Shown here in pieces: positions 13,791 through 29,580 of a DNA stretch of 64,000 nt. How positions within the stretch are numbered: position 1 is the stretch's first letter; each line of letters starts with the position of its first letter. The translations under genes were made by a program, and so were the position numbers. The notes beneath the pieces are model-generated. The model did no database searches. It saw only the letters and a list, made by a program, of their open reading frames with translations, and was not told the DNA's origin. This stretch comes from Octopus vulgaris (Eukaryota). The stretch is taken from assembly GCA_951406725.2 (NCBI GenBank), contig OX597834.1, positions 10,540,001 to 10,604,000 of the forward strand, given 5' to 3'.

Positions 13791-14511
13791 TGGACTCTAA
13801 ACGTCAAGATTCGGAAGAAATGACGCTATGCAAACGCTCGTAGATTTAGAATGAAAGTGCAATGAACAAACAGGTATTTATGGGAGAAATGTGTATATTC
13901 GTGTGCGTATTCGCATGTACGTATATTCGTATGGATGTAACTGAGCGACGGAGAGAATATGCATTACCTCATACACACATAGATATCTTCTATATGGTAA
14001 TAAGTAGTTAGTGTGAAGAACCTAGCAAACCTAGCTCTAGAGATAAAATTGAGTGGAATTAATTAGCATATGAAACCTGATGAGAATTTCTGATAACATA
14101 TTTGGTTTTGGCGCTATATATTTGATAAATTTATTTTAAAATGTTATAAGATATTTATGCTATAATATATATATATACACGTGTGTAATTAATAATATCA
14201 GGGTAATAAAGATTTTAGAAATTTTTACTACCTGTGGCCTAGCGTGTACAAAAATTAGTTAATAGGCTATATATTATTCATATAAATACGGTGTACATTT
14301 AAACATATAAGATATATCCGTCATAGGATTCCTTTCATGCTAGAAGGAACAGCTAAAGACCAAACGACTTTTAGGGATGAAAACTCCATGGGAATGAAAT
14401 ATAAAAATCATTTACCATCTATTTGCTAAAAAATGTCTGAAACCATGGTCCAGGAAATAGATAGTAAATGTTTGTATTTTTCATTGACTACGAGGTTTTA
14501 TCCCAAATAAA

Positions 14512-14564
<53 letters not shown>

Positions 14565-14614
14565 GTGTGTATGTGTGTGTGTGTATTTGTATATGTATAT
14601 ATGTATATATCTGA

Positions 14615-14942
14615 GACCCCCTTCGATCACGACACTGACCATGGGATTGCACCTAGAAAGTTACCCCATCAGGCCAGGCACAAGTCCGGGCAAGGTTGTT
14701 TACGGAAGACCAACATTCACCCATGCATACCGGCCTCCCCTCTCCACGCCACCAGTGTTATCCAAAAGATAAGGCAAGGGCCGATACAGCTTGGCACCTG
14801 TGACGTCGCAACTCGTTTCTACAGCTGAGTGAACTGGAGCAACGTGAAATAAAGTGTGTTGCTCAAGAACACTTCACCCAGCCCTGTCACAAGCTCACGA
14901 CTGTAAGCTCAACGCTCTAACCACTGAGTCGTGCGCCTTCAC
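14615..14942 (-). mobile_element. SINE family D (CORE-like domain)
   Basis: Reverse-complement homologue of 34933-35272. Confidence 0.8.
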
Positions 14943-14965
14943 TCAGTGAAAAAAAATATATATAT

Positions 14966-14994
<29 letters not shown>

Positions 14995-14998
<4 letters not shown>

Positions 14999-15215
14999 TA
15001 ATCCAAACAAGAAAGCACAAAAAAAAAAAACACAAAAACGCGAGGACGTGGAACATATATAGTATTATTGGACGCTCAGGAAAGAAGGAGGGTTTAACGT
15101 TTCGAGCGGAGCTCTTCGTCGGAAACATTGGAAAAGGAAAGATCCAGAGACGGGAAGACGGAGGAAAAAAATCGCCAACGGTACGCACGCGAATGGGAAC
15201 GCTGGTTTATGGAAT
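14995..15215 (-). mobile_element. Penelope-like element fragment in (TA)n
   Basis: Flanked by TA repeats; contains a hammerhead-like motif; same layout as 42965-43172 (GACGCTCAGGAA vs TTCCTGAGCGCC). Confidence 0.55.
15092..15126 (-). ncRNA. Minimal type-I hammerhead ribozyme-like motif (U4C variant, extra A after A9)
   Basis: GUUU-CCGACGA-A-GAGC(UCC)GCUC-GAAAC-GUU-AAAC. Confidence 0.55.
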
Positions 15216-15729
15216 ATATATGTGTTTGTGTATGTTTGATGTACCTGTGTGTAGGGGTTTGTGTCTGAATCAGCCATTTCATGCTTTGTTACATGCGCGT
15301 GAACGTGTGTATATGGCCGCTAGAAAACATACAACGCCTATAGTTTAATTGCACATACTCTTACAAACACAAATGCAGACACACAGACGACGAAGTCATA
15401 AACACACACACTCTCTCACACATCTCTACATACACAGAGATATACTCAGAATTTTCTGAAATGGGCCAATAACATTAATTTAAATAATTAATGTTGATGC
15501 TGATGTACTGATCACCGTAAATGATAAAATAAAAAATTTTAAAAGATCTTTTAATGAATTAAAATTGTCCAGCTTGGGAAGGAAAAGATTATGCCCGGCG
15601 GTGAACGTTAGAAATTCTCAAGAAATTGGATGGAAAGTAATTACTAAAAATTAAGGAAGACTGTTCCACTGAGCATGGGATTTCAGAGAAAAATCGTAAT
15701 TTAAAGTTTTTCAGGTAAGTTAACAGGCA

Positions 15730-16125
15730 TACTCTTTTTTACTCTTTTATTTGTTTCAGTCAGTTGGCTGCGGCCATGCTGGAGCACCGCCTTTAGTCGA
15801 GCAAATCGACCCCGCGACTTATTCTTTGTAAGCCCAGTACTTATTCTATCGGTCTCTTTTGCCGAACCGCTAGGTGACGGGGACGTAAGCATACCAGCAT
15901 CGGTTGTCAAGCAATGCTAGGGGTACAAACACAGACACACACACACACATATATACATATACATATATATACGACAGGCTTCTTTCAGTTTCCGTCTACC
16001 AAATCCACTCACAAGGCTTTGGTCGGCCCGGGGCTATAGCAGAAGACACTTGCCTAAGATGCCACGCAGTGGGACTGAACCCGGAACCATGTGCTTGGTT
16101 AGCAAGCTACTTACTACGCAGCCAC
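15730..16125 (-). mobile_element. SINE family A
   Basis: Homologous to 8102-8505. Confidence 0.9.
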
Positions 16126-16380
16126 GTATTTTTTTATTTGTTTGTATGCTGTTTTATATACGCAATTTGCTTATTTGGTTTATATACGCAATATTTGCTA
16201 ACTATTGGTTATGTGGACACGTTAGAACACAGGTATTTATTTCATATATATATATGAAAATATAAATAATATATTTATATATATAAGAAAAAAGAAGAGA
16301 GATTTTGCCAGCTAAGCATTCATATAATTCCGCTTTCAAAGAAATTTGAACTATAGATATAAGACACAAGTTAGAACACA

Positions 16381-16442
<62 letters not shown>

Positions 16443-16464
16443 GAGAGAGAGAGAGAGAGAGAGA

Positions 16465-16597
16465 TGTATGTATATATGTCCAGTATATATGTATGCATGA
16501 ACACACGCACACACACACACACACACATATATATACAGCATGTATATATATATGACCAGTATATATGTATATGCCTATATATGTATATATGTAGGCA

Positions 16598-16640
<43 letters not shown>

Positions 16641-16643
16641 GTA

Positions 16644-16689
<46 letters not shown>

Positions 16690-16835
16690 CATGTATGTAT
16701 ATATGTCCAGTATATATGTATATACCTATATATGTATATATGTAAGCATGAACATATATATATATATATATACAGCATGTATGTATATGCGTCCAGTATA
16801 TATGTATATACCTATATATGTATATGTATGCATGA

Positions 16836-16840
<5 letters not shown>
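16465..16840. repeat. Microsatellite-derived minisatellite, about 4 units
   Basis: Recurring CAGCATGTATGTATATATGTCCAGTATATATGTATATACC...GCATGAA with variable (TA)/(CA) spacers. Confidence 0.75.
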
Positions 16841-16866
<26 letters not shown>

Positions 16867-17306
16867 CGCACGCGCACACTCACGTGCATACACACACACA
16901 CGCAAACACACACACACACACACTCACAGACACACACACACACGCACGCACACACTCACGTGCATACACACACACACGCGTGCGCGCGCAGCCACGTACG
17001 TTGTATGTCTGCACTCCTGTGAGTATAGAAACTAGATTCAAACGTTTAAGAGGTTTCACACAAACAAACGTTTACTAAAACACGAGCAGAAAAAATGCTT
17101 TGAGAAATTTATCATAGATACAAGTAAGAAATAATTTTACATGTTTATCAAAATATCCAACCGTTTTTAATCGCTTTGAAATTATTATTTGGTCATCATG
17201 TTCTATAAACAGAAATAAATTTGAATAAATTAAATTAATCTTTCAAGATATATTGTGGATATTGACATAGTTTCTTTTCTTTCTTTCGTTCTTTCTTCCT
17301 TCCTTC

Positions 17307-17361
<55 letters not shown>

Positions 17362-17419
17362 TCGAAAATCACGTGCTCGTATTTCGCTTCTTATCACATG
17401 CATACATATATATAAATGT

Positions 17420-17890
17420 ACACACACACACACACATCCTCTCGCACACACAGAAACACACATACACACACGGACATGCACTCAGAAACACACACACACA
17501 CACACACACACTAACATACACACAAGCACACGCGCACACACTAATACACCACCACACACAAACACACGCACACACACAAACACACGCACAAACACACGCA
17601 AACACACACAAACACACACAAGCACACGTACACATGCAAACACACGCACACGCGCAAACACACGCACACACACGCAAACACACACAAACACACACAAGCA
17701 CACGCACACACACAAACACACGCACACGCGCAAACACACGCACACACACGCAAACACACACACAAGCACACGCACACAAGCACACGCACACACGCAAACA
17801 CACGCGCAAACACACACACACAAGCACACGCACACACGCAAGCACACGCAAACACACACAAATACGCGCATACACACACAAGCACACACA
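17420..17890. repeat. (CA)-rich degenerate microsatellite
   Basis: Seen directly. Confidence 0.95.
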
Positions 17891-18237
17891 TGCTTGCAGC
17901 CATCATGTGCTATAGAACATAATTATATGAGCATAAACCAACACCGCGCATTGCGATGATCGTAAAGAGAACACTTATACAACACTTGTTTGTACAGAAA
18001 GTGAAGAAACCGTTTTAAGGCACATTGCGAAGCTGATCGGAATCTACGTCAAAAAGCCCTCCATCCGCGAACTCACAGCTTATAATCTGTTAAGTAAGGC
18101 GAGCTTGCAGAATCGTCATCATTTTAGGGTCGATGAAATAAGAGGCAGTAGAGAACTAGACTCGGTGTAATCGAGTTACACGCTGCCTCGAAATTGCTGG
18201 CCTTACCTCAAATTTTGAGATCGATTTTAGTATTAAA

Positions 18238-18724
18238 CTAGCAGTATCGCCCGGCGTTGCTCGGGTTTGTAAGGGAAATAACTATATAAGCATTTTTAGA
18301 GAGTTACTTCCTTTATAGATGCCAATTCGAGCTTTCTTAGCCATTTCTGTTTTGGTGTCTTCAAGCCATGAAGTCGTTCTAAAAGAACGCTGGTCTCCTT
18401 GACAACGCTTTACGACGTTGATTTCCTTACACTCCCTTCCCCAGTGCTTCACGAGGGAGGGAAGAAGGGGGAGAAGCAAACAGGTGCAGGTGTGACCATG
18501 GACGCCAACTCCGCCGCCATCGACACACGAAAAATTATGCATTAAAATGGAATAAAAAATGACGTTAAATTATTTTTAAAATCGTAGACTCATCGTAGAC
18601 GCGCGCTAATAGCCAGACGGGCTCGATATGAATCACGAATATAAGATACCCGAATGTGGGAGTAGTTAGGAATCTAAATCGAAGGGGACAGACACTCACA
18701 CAACTACAGTTTTATATATATAGA
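18238..18724 (-). mobile_element. Non-autonomous Helitron, variant 1
   Basis: Reverse complement of 12971-13490; CTAG at 18238, GA (=TC) ending at 18724; inserted between A and T. Confidence 0.85.
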
Positions 18725-18994
18725 TAAGGCGGGGAATTGGCAGAATCGATAGCTTAATGGCATTTCGTCCGTCTCTCCGTTCCAAATTCCGTTGAAGTTG
18801 GTTTTGCAATTCATTCTCTCAGGATCGATGAAAAAATAGGTACGAGTCGAGAACTGGGGTCGATGTAATCGACTTACTTCCTGCCCTGAAATTGCTGGCG
18901 TTGTGCTAAAATTTGAAATCAATATTGGAATTAAACTTGATAGACTAAGATGCTTCTGTACAGTTGTGTTAACGCACAGTGTTGGCTGTTAAAT

Positions 18995-19163
18995 GTGGAG
19001 GCGCAATGGCCCAGTGGTTAGGACAGCGGACTCGCGGTCGGAGAATCGCGGTTTCGATTCCCAGACCGGGCGTTGTGTGTGTTTATTGACCGAAAACACC
19101 TAAAAGGTCCAGGAGGCTCCGGTAGGGGGTGATGATGGCGACCACTGTTGTACTCTTTCACCA
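18995..19163 (+). mobile_element. SINE family C, 3'-truncated
   Basis: GTGGAGGCGCAATGGCCCAGTGGTTAGG A-box and GGTTTCGATTCCC B-box; homologous to 51951-52251. Confidence 0.85.
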
Positions 19164-19183
19164 AGCGATGTTGGAGGGACACA

Positions 19184-19260
<77 letters not shown>

Positions 19261-19800
19261 GTACTGGGAGAATAAGAAACGGAACAAAGCGAACGAATCG
19301 AATCGAACCCGACGCGAGGGCGCTGTCAAACAATAGTGCAATAATTAAAACATATGCATACATACAAGCATATATGTACGTACCTACATCTACATGTATA
19401 TATACATGCACATATAAATATATATACACGTGAGTACAGGACACCACAACTAGACGTAGAACTCAACGAGAAACGAAAAACGAAAACGGAAAAACCATTT
19501 TTTTACAACAGAAAAAACAGAGTACAGGACATACTACACAAGGAAAAATCCCCTATCATCAGCTGTCAGTAGTTCGGCTCCAGCGTGTTTCGAAGGCAAG
19601 ACAGGACACGACTCGCCAAATATATATATATACGACGGGCATCTTTCAGTTTCCGTCTACCATATCCACTCACAACGCTTTGGTCGGCCGGAGGCTATAG
19701 TAGAAGACACTTGCCCAAGGTGCCACGCAGTGGGACTGAACCGGAACCATGTGGTTAGTAAGCAAGCAAGCTACGTACCACACAGCCACTCCTACGCCTA
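19162..19800 (-). mobile_element. SINE family A split by a Penelope-like insert (~19255-19620)
   Basis: SINE A middle at 19162-19190 and head at 19631-19800; the insert is homologous in reverse orientation to 35372-35520. Confidence 0.7.
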
Positions 19801-21011
19801 TATGTAGCTTTTATGTCTAAAAATGCTTATAGGTTAAGAGGTAACGTAGAGACCTCTGATCATGCAAACCTTTCTCCCAAGAATTTCAGTTGGGAGGTAT
19901 CTCGTATCTAAATTATCTCTTGTTCAGTATTATCTAATATTTCCTTAGATAACAATGTTTTTCGTGTTTTAATAGAACTACCAATATCCATATTTTCCTG
20001 AAGCAGATCCCTATTTATAGACGCAATAAAGCTAAATATAACAATGTTTTGTTTTTGATAAAACGAATTATGTTATCACTCAAAGCAGCATTTATACCCC
20101 AAAACACAGTTATGTATGATTATATATGTGCGTGTGTGTATGTCTGTGTGTGCGCGAGTGCGTTCGTGAATTTATGTATGTATATGTGTGTGTCGGAGAG
20201 AGGGTGTATGTGTGTCACCTGTTGTTCTGTCTGGCATCTGGCATCAAAGCCTCTACTTTATCATGATGCATGCTGCACCGTTGTGAGATCTTTTCAAGAA
20301 GAAACGGAAGGGAAGAAGCAGATAAACGCAGAAAACAGAAAAATAAAACGTCTATACAAGTAAACAAAAGAGAGACGTAAATATATAAAAGAAAGAATAT
20401 AAACAAAGACGCAATGAAAGAAAATAACAAGAACACAAAAGAAATAAATTAAGATGGAAAAGAAAAATAAGCGAAGAAAGAATGAAAATCGGTTGGACTT
20501 GCAGATATGAATGGTAAACCAAACAAAGATGGTAAGATTGTATAAAATGGTGAAAAGCAGGAATCATAAGAGAATGTATTCTGAAATTACATCTGTCACT
20601 ATGTATTTCAAAGTAATTTATCAAGTTAATTTCTGAGTTTGTCGTTATGGTATTCCCTTTATCATCGTAAATGCAGGGCAGATATAAAATCAATAAATTC
20701 TAATTAATATTCTGGATAAGTGGATATATGGTGACATGCATGCACATGTACACCCGTATCAAAACTATAAATGCATGATCTAGCAATCTTTCTCTTTCTA
20801 TCGTTACCTATTTCTCACTCTGTGCTTGTGTGTCTGATTGTATGTCTGTCTGTGTGTCTGTCTGTCTATCTGTCGGTCTATCTTTCTCTCTCTCTCTCAC
20901 ACACATACACACATATGCCCATCTATGCAAACGTGGACGCATGCATACATACCTAGTGAATCAGCACGCAAAAACACATTCACCTGCACACACCAATGTC
21001 CATTCAACTAT

Positions 21012-21012
<1 letters not shown>

Positions 21013-21087
<75 letters not shown>

Positions 21088-21375
21088 ATATCTATCTATC
21101 TATCTATATTTCTATCTATCTAACTGTCAGTCTGTATGTCTGTCTGTTTATCTATCTGTCTGTCTATCAATCTATCTATCTATCTATATGTCTGTCTGTC
21201 TGTCTGCCTGTCTATCTATCTATCTATGTATCTATCTATCTATCTATCTTTCTATCTATCTATCTATCTATCTATCTAACTGTCAGTCTGTCTGTCTGTT
21301 TATCTATCTGTCTGTCTGTCTGTCTGTCAATCTATCTATCTATCTATCTATCTGTCTGACTGTCTGTCTGTCTAT
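21013..21375. repeat. (ATCT)n/(GTCT)n microsatellite
   Basis: Seen directly. Confidence 0.95.
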
Positions 21376-21509
21376 GGATACATAGATAGATAAAGATATA
21401 TATTGATTGAAAAATAAATATAAAAGTGTGCTTACATCTATGACTATTCACAAACTCTCTCATATATAAATACATGTATATGTATACGCACACACACACA
21501 CACACACAT

Positions 21510-21592
<83 letters not shown>

Positions 21593-23583
21593 TAAATATC
21601 CATCCTTGTGTGTGTGTATGTTTAATTTATGTTTATGTAAATGATTGTTTCTTTAAACTAAGAACGAACCACAACACAGGATCTTCGCAGAATGAATTTG
21701 ACCCGTACATTATTCACTTTAGTCAGTGATGATAAACATACATTTTCTGAACTCATGAACTACAATTGACTCTCTGATGCAATTCAAGAACTTGGAGATA
21801 AGCCAATAGATTGCCTTAAAGTATTATGTTGACTTAGAAATACCCAGCCATATTACGTACTGCTCGAATGTATAAAAGCGAAACAGTTTCTTGGATAATA
21901 TAAAATATATTTCAGCTCAAGTAAAAATACAATGATCATCTGTCGGATGTCTTTAATTATATCATCGAGATCATATTGCAGAGTCTTCTAATTAACTAAA
22001 AAATCAAATATGTCAAAAATCGATTTTTTTTGCATTCTGGATTTTGTTAATGCGATTTTTACCGAGCCAACGCTTTCTGTTATTGAAATATGTTACATAT
22101 TTAATGATTAATCCGTCAACAAGTATTCATTTTAAATATGAATATATTAATTTATGTTAGATGATACTGTAATGAAATATCAATTTGATTTTGCAACATT
22201 TATGTATTTCCAAATAAAATTAGTGTTCGCAAAGAAACTTAAAGTCTTTCTGGCAATTTTTGGAAACGATGTGTAGATTAGCTGTTATTTTCCTGTATGA
22301 CCCACTACTTGAAGATTAAAAAAAAGAAAAGAAAAAAACAAGGAAAATACTAATTTTTGCGCGATCGAAGAGGTCCTTCATTTATTATGTTTTTTTATCT
22401 CAGTTATTAGACTGCAAATGAGGAGGGGCAATTCCTTGAATGATTTAGTCAAACAAATCGACGCTAAGACTTTTATTGTTTAGACAGCTATATCTGCCCA
22501 CTGGATCTGCCCAAGAATCGCTGTGTCACGGAGAAAACGCTTGCTGAAGGTACTGCATAGGGGGATTAAACGCACAGCACATGCTAGCTATGCAAAAGCG
22601 AAAGGAGATTTGTGTTAAAGATAATAGTAGTATAAATTACAATAACAGCCTCTGTTCGAAATTGTAATGCATTTTGGTCGACAGGTAGTTTACAGTTTTG
22701 TCTTCAAATGCCGTCTAGGAAGAATCAACATATTGGAAACATGATTTTCTCCATTACATTTTATCTCAGAAGGGATTACTTTCGATCCCTATAATATAAA
22801 GCCGAAAATATAAACGTTTGGACGATGGGTCATCTGAGGTAACCCTATGTCTGCACGATGTGTGGTGTGGCCCTTTTGCAATGTACACGGGGGAAAGGAT
22901 GCTTGGATCCTTGTTCATTAGATTTAATTTGCTCAATGTTGTTCCAGATTTATTCCTCAAAAGAAAACAAAAACAAAAAAGAAAACCAAAAAAAAATGAA
23001 GAAGGATAGAAGGCATGTTTCATATTATTGAGATAACACTGTGGTAAAATCTAAGCGAGATTAGATCACAATGGATATTTGATTCCGAGTTAATAGGTAT
23101 CCCTTAAATTAATTATTGATGCCTAGCATTTCCGGTCGTTCGCTAACAGAAGGGAGATATAATATTCCAACAGGCAAGCCTGTCGATAATAAACTATTGA
23201 ACAATGATGCGATGTTTAAAGGTTTCAAACTATTCATTAAATCGTATGATGCCTTTTCATAACAGCTCTACTACCATAGATGCCAGAATTCAATATAAGA
23301 ACAAGGATCATTGTGTAATTAATGAAAGAACGGTTACTGTGTAATTCTGAGAGCAGCTACTCAAGAAAGCACCAAGTAACCAAATAATCTCTGCACTTCT
23401 CTATGTATTTCCATAGACTTTCCGTCTGTAGTCTGAATAGAAATTATTGTCAAGAAGTACTTCATATTATTTCCTCAAACGGTAGATCAATCTACTAATC
23501 AATAATTTGATCTTCTTTTATAAAACCGTAATTGTATGTTCCCGATTTCATGATTTGTAAGCTGATAATTAATTAGCACAGTG

Positions 23584-23640
<57 letters not shown>

Positions 23641-23696
23641 TATATAATTTTCTAAATTGTTACGTTATACATACATGTATATATATGTATAAATAA

Positions 23697-23749
<53 letters not shown>

Positions 23750-23774
23750 GTTGTATGTATAACGTAACAGTTTA

Positions 23775-23790
<16 letters not shown>
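23641..23790. repeat. Inverted duplication embedded in (TA)n
   Basis: ATATAATTTTCTAAATTGTTACGTTATACATACA vs TGTATGTATAACGTAACAGTTTAGAAAATTATAT, one mismatch. Confidence 0.85.
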
Positions 23791-23838
<48 letters not shown>

Positions 23839-24547
23839 CGTGTGAGTGTATTCATGTATCCTATGTATGTATGCATGAATTATGTTATTATGTTCGTATA
23901 ATTATAAACGAAAACGTAAATGTATATTAAGGTAGAAATTGTCTGATACAAGATATAAAATCCTTCACCGGTCTCTTATGTAGGTTATCAGTTTCCCGTA
24001 CGTAATTTTCTAGAACACATGGAAAAAGACAGTAAATAAAGTGCTTTTTAACAAAACAAAAAAAAAATAATAATAATGAAAAGAAAGGAAAATGATGTGA
24101 ATGCAAATTTTATTTTTTCCAATAATCATGCCATGCAAATCACGATGGTATAATCAGTAAAATTGTTCCTTAATTCAAATTCTTGCATATTTTCTAAGTG
24201 CTTCATATGTCCAAAGGCATAGAACAAAATAATCAGTATCCAGGTTTGACACAACTCAGTACATACTCCAACGAAACTACGTCATCTTGTCAATAATATT
24301 AGTAATTAATTTAGATCACACAATGTTTAATAATCACTGTTGACTTATTATACATCTTCTGTTGCGTCAAAGACTCTTGGCTGGCACCAACTTTAGAACA
24401 TCTGCAAAACTGCTGCACTGCAACTCGTCTCTAGGTTTTTTTCTGGTTACAGAAGTAAATTTACTTCTGTCGCAGAAATTTTACCTTTCACTGTTTCGGG
24501 CCCAATACGAAATGATGAAATAATGTCCAAATTAAGACACACATTTT

Positions 24548-24975
24548 GGATCTTTTCGGTTCGAACGGCAGTTTTTTCTAGCGGTTTCATATGAAATTGT
24601 CACCCATAATTATGACCCTAGTATCGATCTATTTCATTTCAATCTGTTTTAGGGTTAGGATTAGTTAGGGTTAGGGGTGGAGGGGAAGGGCATCTTTTTT
24701 TCTTCACAAATGTAAATAAACCCAATCTGATTCTTAAACGAGGGCCATATTCATATTGCACAGAATGTTTTCACCTCAATAGACGGTAAGTGATTGGTTG
24801 AAATTGCCGAAATGCAAGAAATTAAATACCAAATATCTTACAAACTATAGAATTTTCTCAATAAAGCCAAGAGAAAAAGATGTTTTATAAACACATTCTA
24901 CCAGTATACGAAATCTTAAATTTTCTCGTTACCCAGAAATTATGTTAAAAACTGCCGTTCAAACCGAAAAGATCC
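24548..24975 (-). mobile_element. ~430-bp Merlin-like MITE
   Basis: TIR GGATCTTTTCGGTT(C/T)GAACGGCAGTTTT; 8-bp TSD CACATTTT on both sides. Confidence 0.9.
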
Positions 24976-25201
24976 CACATTTTTACTGTACCTAGTACTT
25001 GCCTTCACTGTTTGAAGTTCAAATACAGCTTTACCTTCCATGCTTTAGGGGTTGATAAAATAAGTACGAGGTGAGTACCGGTGGCAATGTATTCGACTAT
25101 AGCCGTTCCCCAAATTTATTATTCGGTGTCTGTTTTAATGTGTTTCAAACACTCTGTGTTCTGCGTTGTCTTGTTCGTGTAAGAAATGTACGGGCGCATA
25201 C

Positions 25202-25601
25202 ACTTTTACTCTTTTATTTGTTTCAGTCATTTTACTGCGGCCATGCTGGAGCACCGCCTTTAGTCGAGCAAATCGATCCCAGGACTTATTCGTTGTAAGC
25301 CTAGAACTTATTCTATCGGCCTCTTTTTCTTAAACCGCTAAGTTACGGGGACGTGAACGAACCAGCATCGGTTGTCGAGTTATGTTGGGAGGACAAACAC
25401 AGACACACAAACACACACGTATATATATATATATATATATACATATATACGACAGGCTTCTTTCGTTTTCCGTCTACCAAATCCACTCACAAGGGTTTGG
25501 TCGGCCCGAGGCTATAGTAGAAGACACTTGCCGAAAATGCCATGCAGTGGGACCGAAGCCAGGACCATGTGGTTGGTAAGCAAGCTACTTACCACACTGC
25601 C
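25202..25601 (-). mobile_element. SINE family A
   Basis: Homologous to other copies. Confidence 0.9.
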
Positions 25602-25891
25602 AAACATTAAATGTATGTAGAAATGATACGGCGTATACGAGTATTATTTATACTCACAGTATTTTTTTTTTTTTTTTACATTTTCACACACTTGCCTTTC
25701 TGTGACAACGTGCCTGACAGCAATTATATTTCATGTATGTTGAAAGTATTACGGCGTCCTGGAAGGATTTGCATTAAGGAACAATTTTCTTTCATATTCT
25801 TGCTGTTTCTTAAATCCTGTTTGCCGATCATCAAAGATCTAATCCAACTTCGCATGGAACTCGCTTGTTCACGTCTGTCATGATTGTTAAT

Positions 25892-25979
<88 letters not shown>

Positions 25980-26197
25980 CATTCAGTAGTTTTATTTTTA
26001 TAGCGTGCTTTCACTTCACTACCGAGCGCAGCTCTGTGTGCCTCGGGTATGTGCTGTGATTTGTTGTGATGCTCTGATGGTTATTGTATGGAAAGTGTTC
26101 TGCGTAGGATGTGTGCAGGGCCTAGTAGTGCAATTTTCTGTATGTTATATGTGTTTGTAAGTCCTGGTGTTTTTGTTATGTATTTGTCTGAATATTT
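25980..26197 (-). mobile_element. R4/Dong-type LINE 3' end, copy 1
   Basis: Encodes KYSDKYITKTPGLTNTYNIQKIALLGPAHILRRTLSIQ*; tail runs into (TAA)n. Confidence 0.8.
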
Positions 26198-26229
26198 TAT
26201 TATTTTATTATTATTATTATTATTATTAT

Positions 26230-26270
<41 letters not shown>

Positions 26271-26280
26271 TTATTATTAT

Positions 26281-26356
<76 letters not shown>

Positions 26357-26575
26357 CATTCAGTAGTTTTATTTTTATAGCGTGCTTTCACTTCACTACC
26401 GAGCGCAGCTCTGTGTGCCTCGGGTATGTGCTGTGATTTGTTGTGATGCTCTGATGGTTATTGTATGGAAAGTGTTCTGCGTAGGATGTGTGCAGTGCCT
26501 AGTAGTGCAATTTTCTGTATGTTATATGTGTTTGTAAGTCCTGGTGTTTTTGTTATGTATTTGTCTGAATATTTT
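26357..26575 (-). mobile_element. R4/Dong-type LINE 3' end, copy 2 (near-identical tandem)
   Basis: Almost identical to copy 1 (ends GTAHILRRTLSIQ*). Confidence 0.8.
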
Positions 26576-28410
<1,835 letters not shown>

Positions 28411-28875
28411 TCTAATGTATTTTTCCTTTTAAGTGTTCACTTACTATTTCTGATGTGTTTTTGTTTTGAGAATATATCTCCATATGTTAGCTAGTCTACT
28501 AGAGTTCATTGCTCTATCCAAATCATTATCTAAGTTATTTTTCTTCCAGATTTTATATGTATATGTTGTTGCCTTTTCGCTCTGTGGCTATAGCATTGCT
28601 GTAAAATAAGAGTGTAGGATTGAAATATATATTTCTCGCGTGCCTATTTATGCTTTTTTGATTTTATTTGCTGGGCGTGACGAACAGCGTCACGCCCTTT
28701 ATTTTGGTGGTCATTATATTCGAAGGGTACCGATCCCTTCATTTCTAGTGTTAAATGGTTTTGGACGTATAGTTTTTAGTACATTTGTGTAACAATTTTA
28801 ATGTACGTACTTCCTGTACCAGCTTAAAGAAATCTCTAACAAAACTACTTCTACTACTGCTACTGTTACTACTAT

Positions 28876-28923
<48 letters not shown>

Positions 28924-29162
28924 AACAAGTAATAATATTGATAATTATGAGTATTATCATTATCATTATTATTTTAAATTTTTGTCAAGGGCGGCTTGGG
29001 GGAGGTGGTGATGAGTCGATTACATTGACCCCAGTGCGCAACTGGTACTTCAACCTCTAAAGAGTGAAAGGTAAAGTGTCGACCTCGGTGGGATTTGACC
29101 TCAGAACATGAAGACAAACGAAACGATGCTAAACATTTTACCAGTCGTGCTAACGGTTCTTA

Positions 29163-29164
29163 TG

Positions 29165-29222
<58 letters not shown>

Positions 29223-29299
29223 TAATAATAATAATAGCAGCGGCAGCAGCAGCGGCAACAGCAGCGGCAGGTGTAGCAGTAGCATCAGCATTAGTAGAA

Positions 29300-29379
<80 letters not shown>

Positions 29380-29480
29380 AGTGTTGGTGGTGTTGGTGTT
29401 GGTGGTGGTGTTGGTGGTGGTGGTGGTAGTAGTAGTCGTAGTAGTAGTAGTATTAGTGGTGGCGGTTGTGGAGGTGGTGT

Positions 29481-29537
<57 letters not shown>

Positions 29538-29580
29538 CAGTAGCAGTAGTAGTAGAAGTAGCTGCAGCAGCAACAGTAAC
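29163..29580. repeat. Compound (AAT)/(AGT)/(GGT) microsatellite
   Basis: Seen directly. Confidence 0.95.

Noticed and set aside
22766-23023. Overlapping short ORFs in complex sequence
   Set aside because: No recognisable motif
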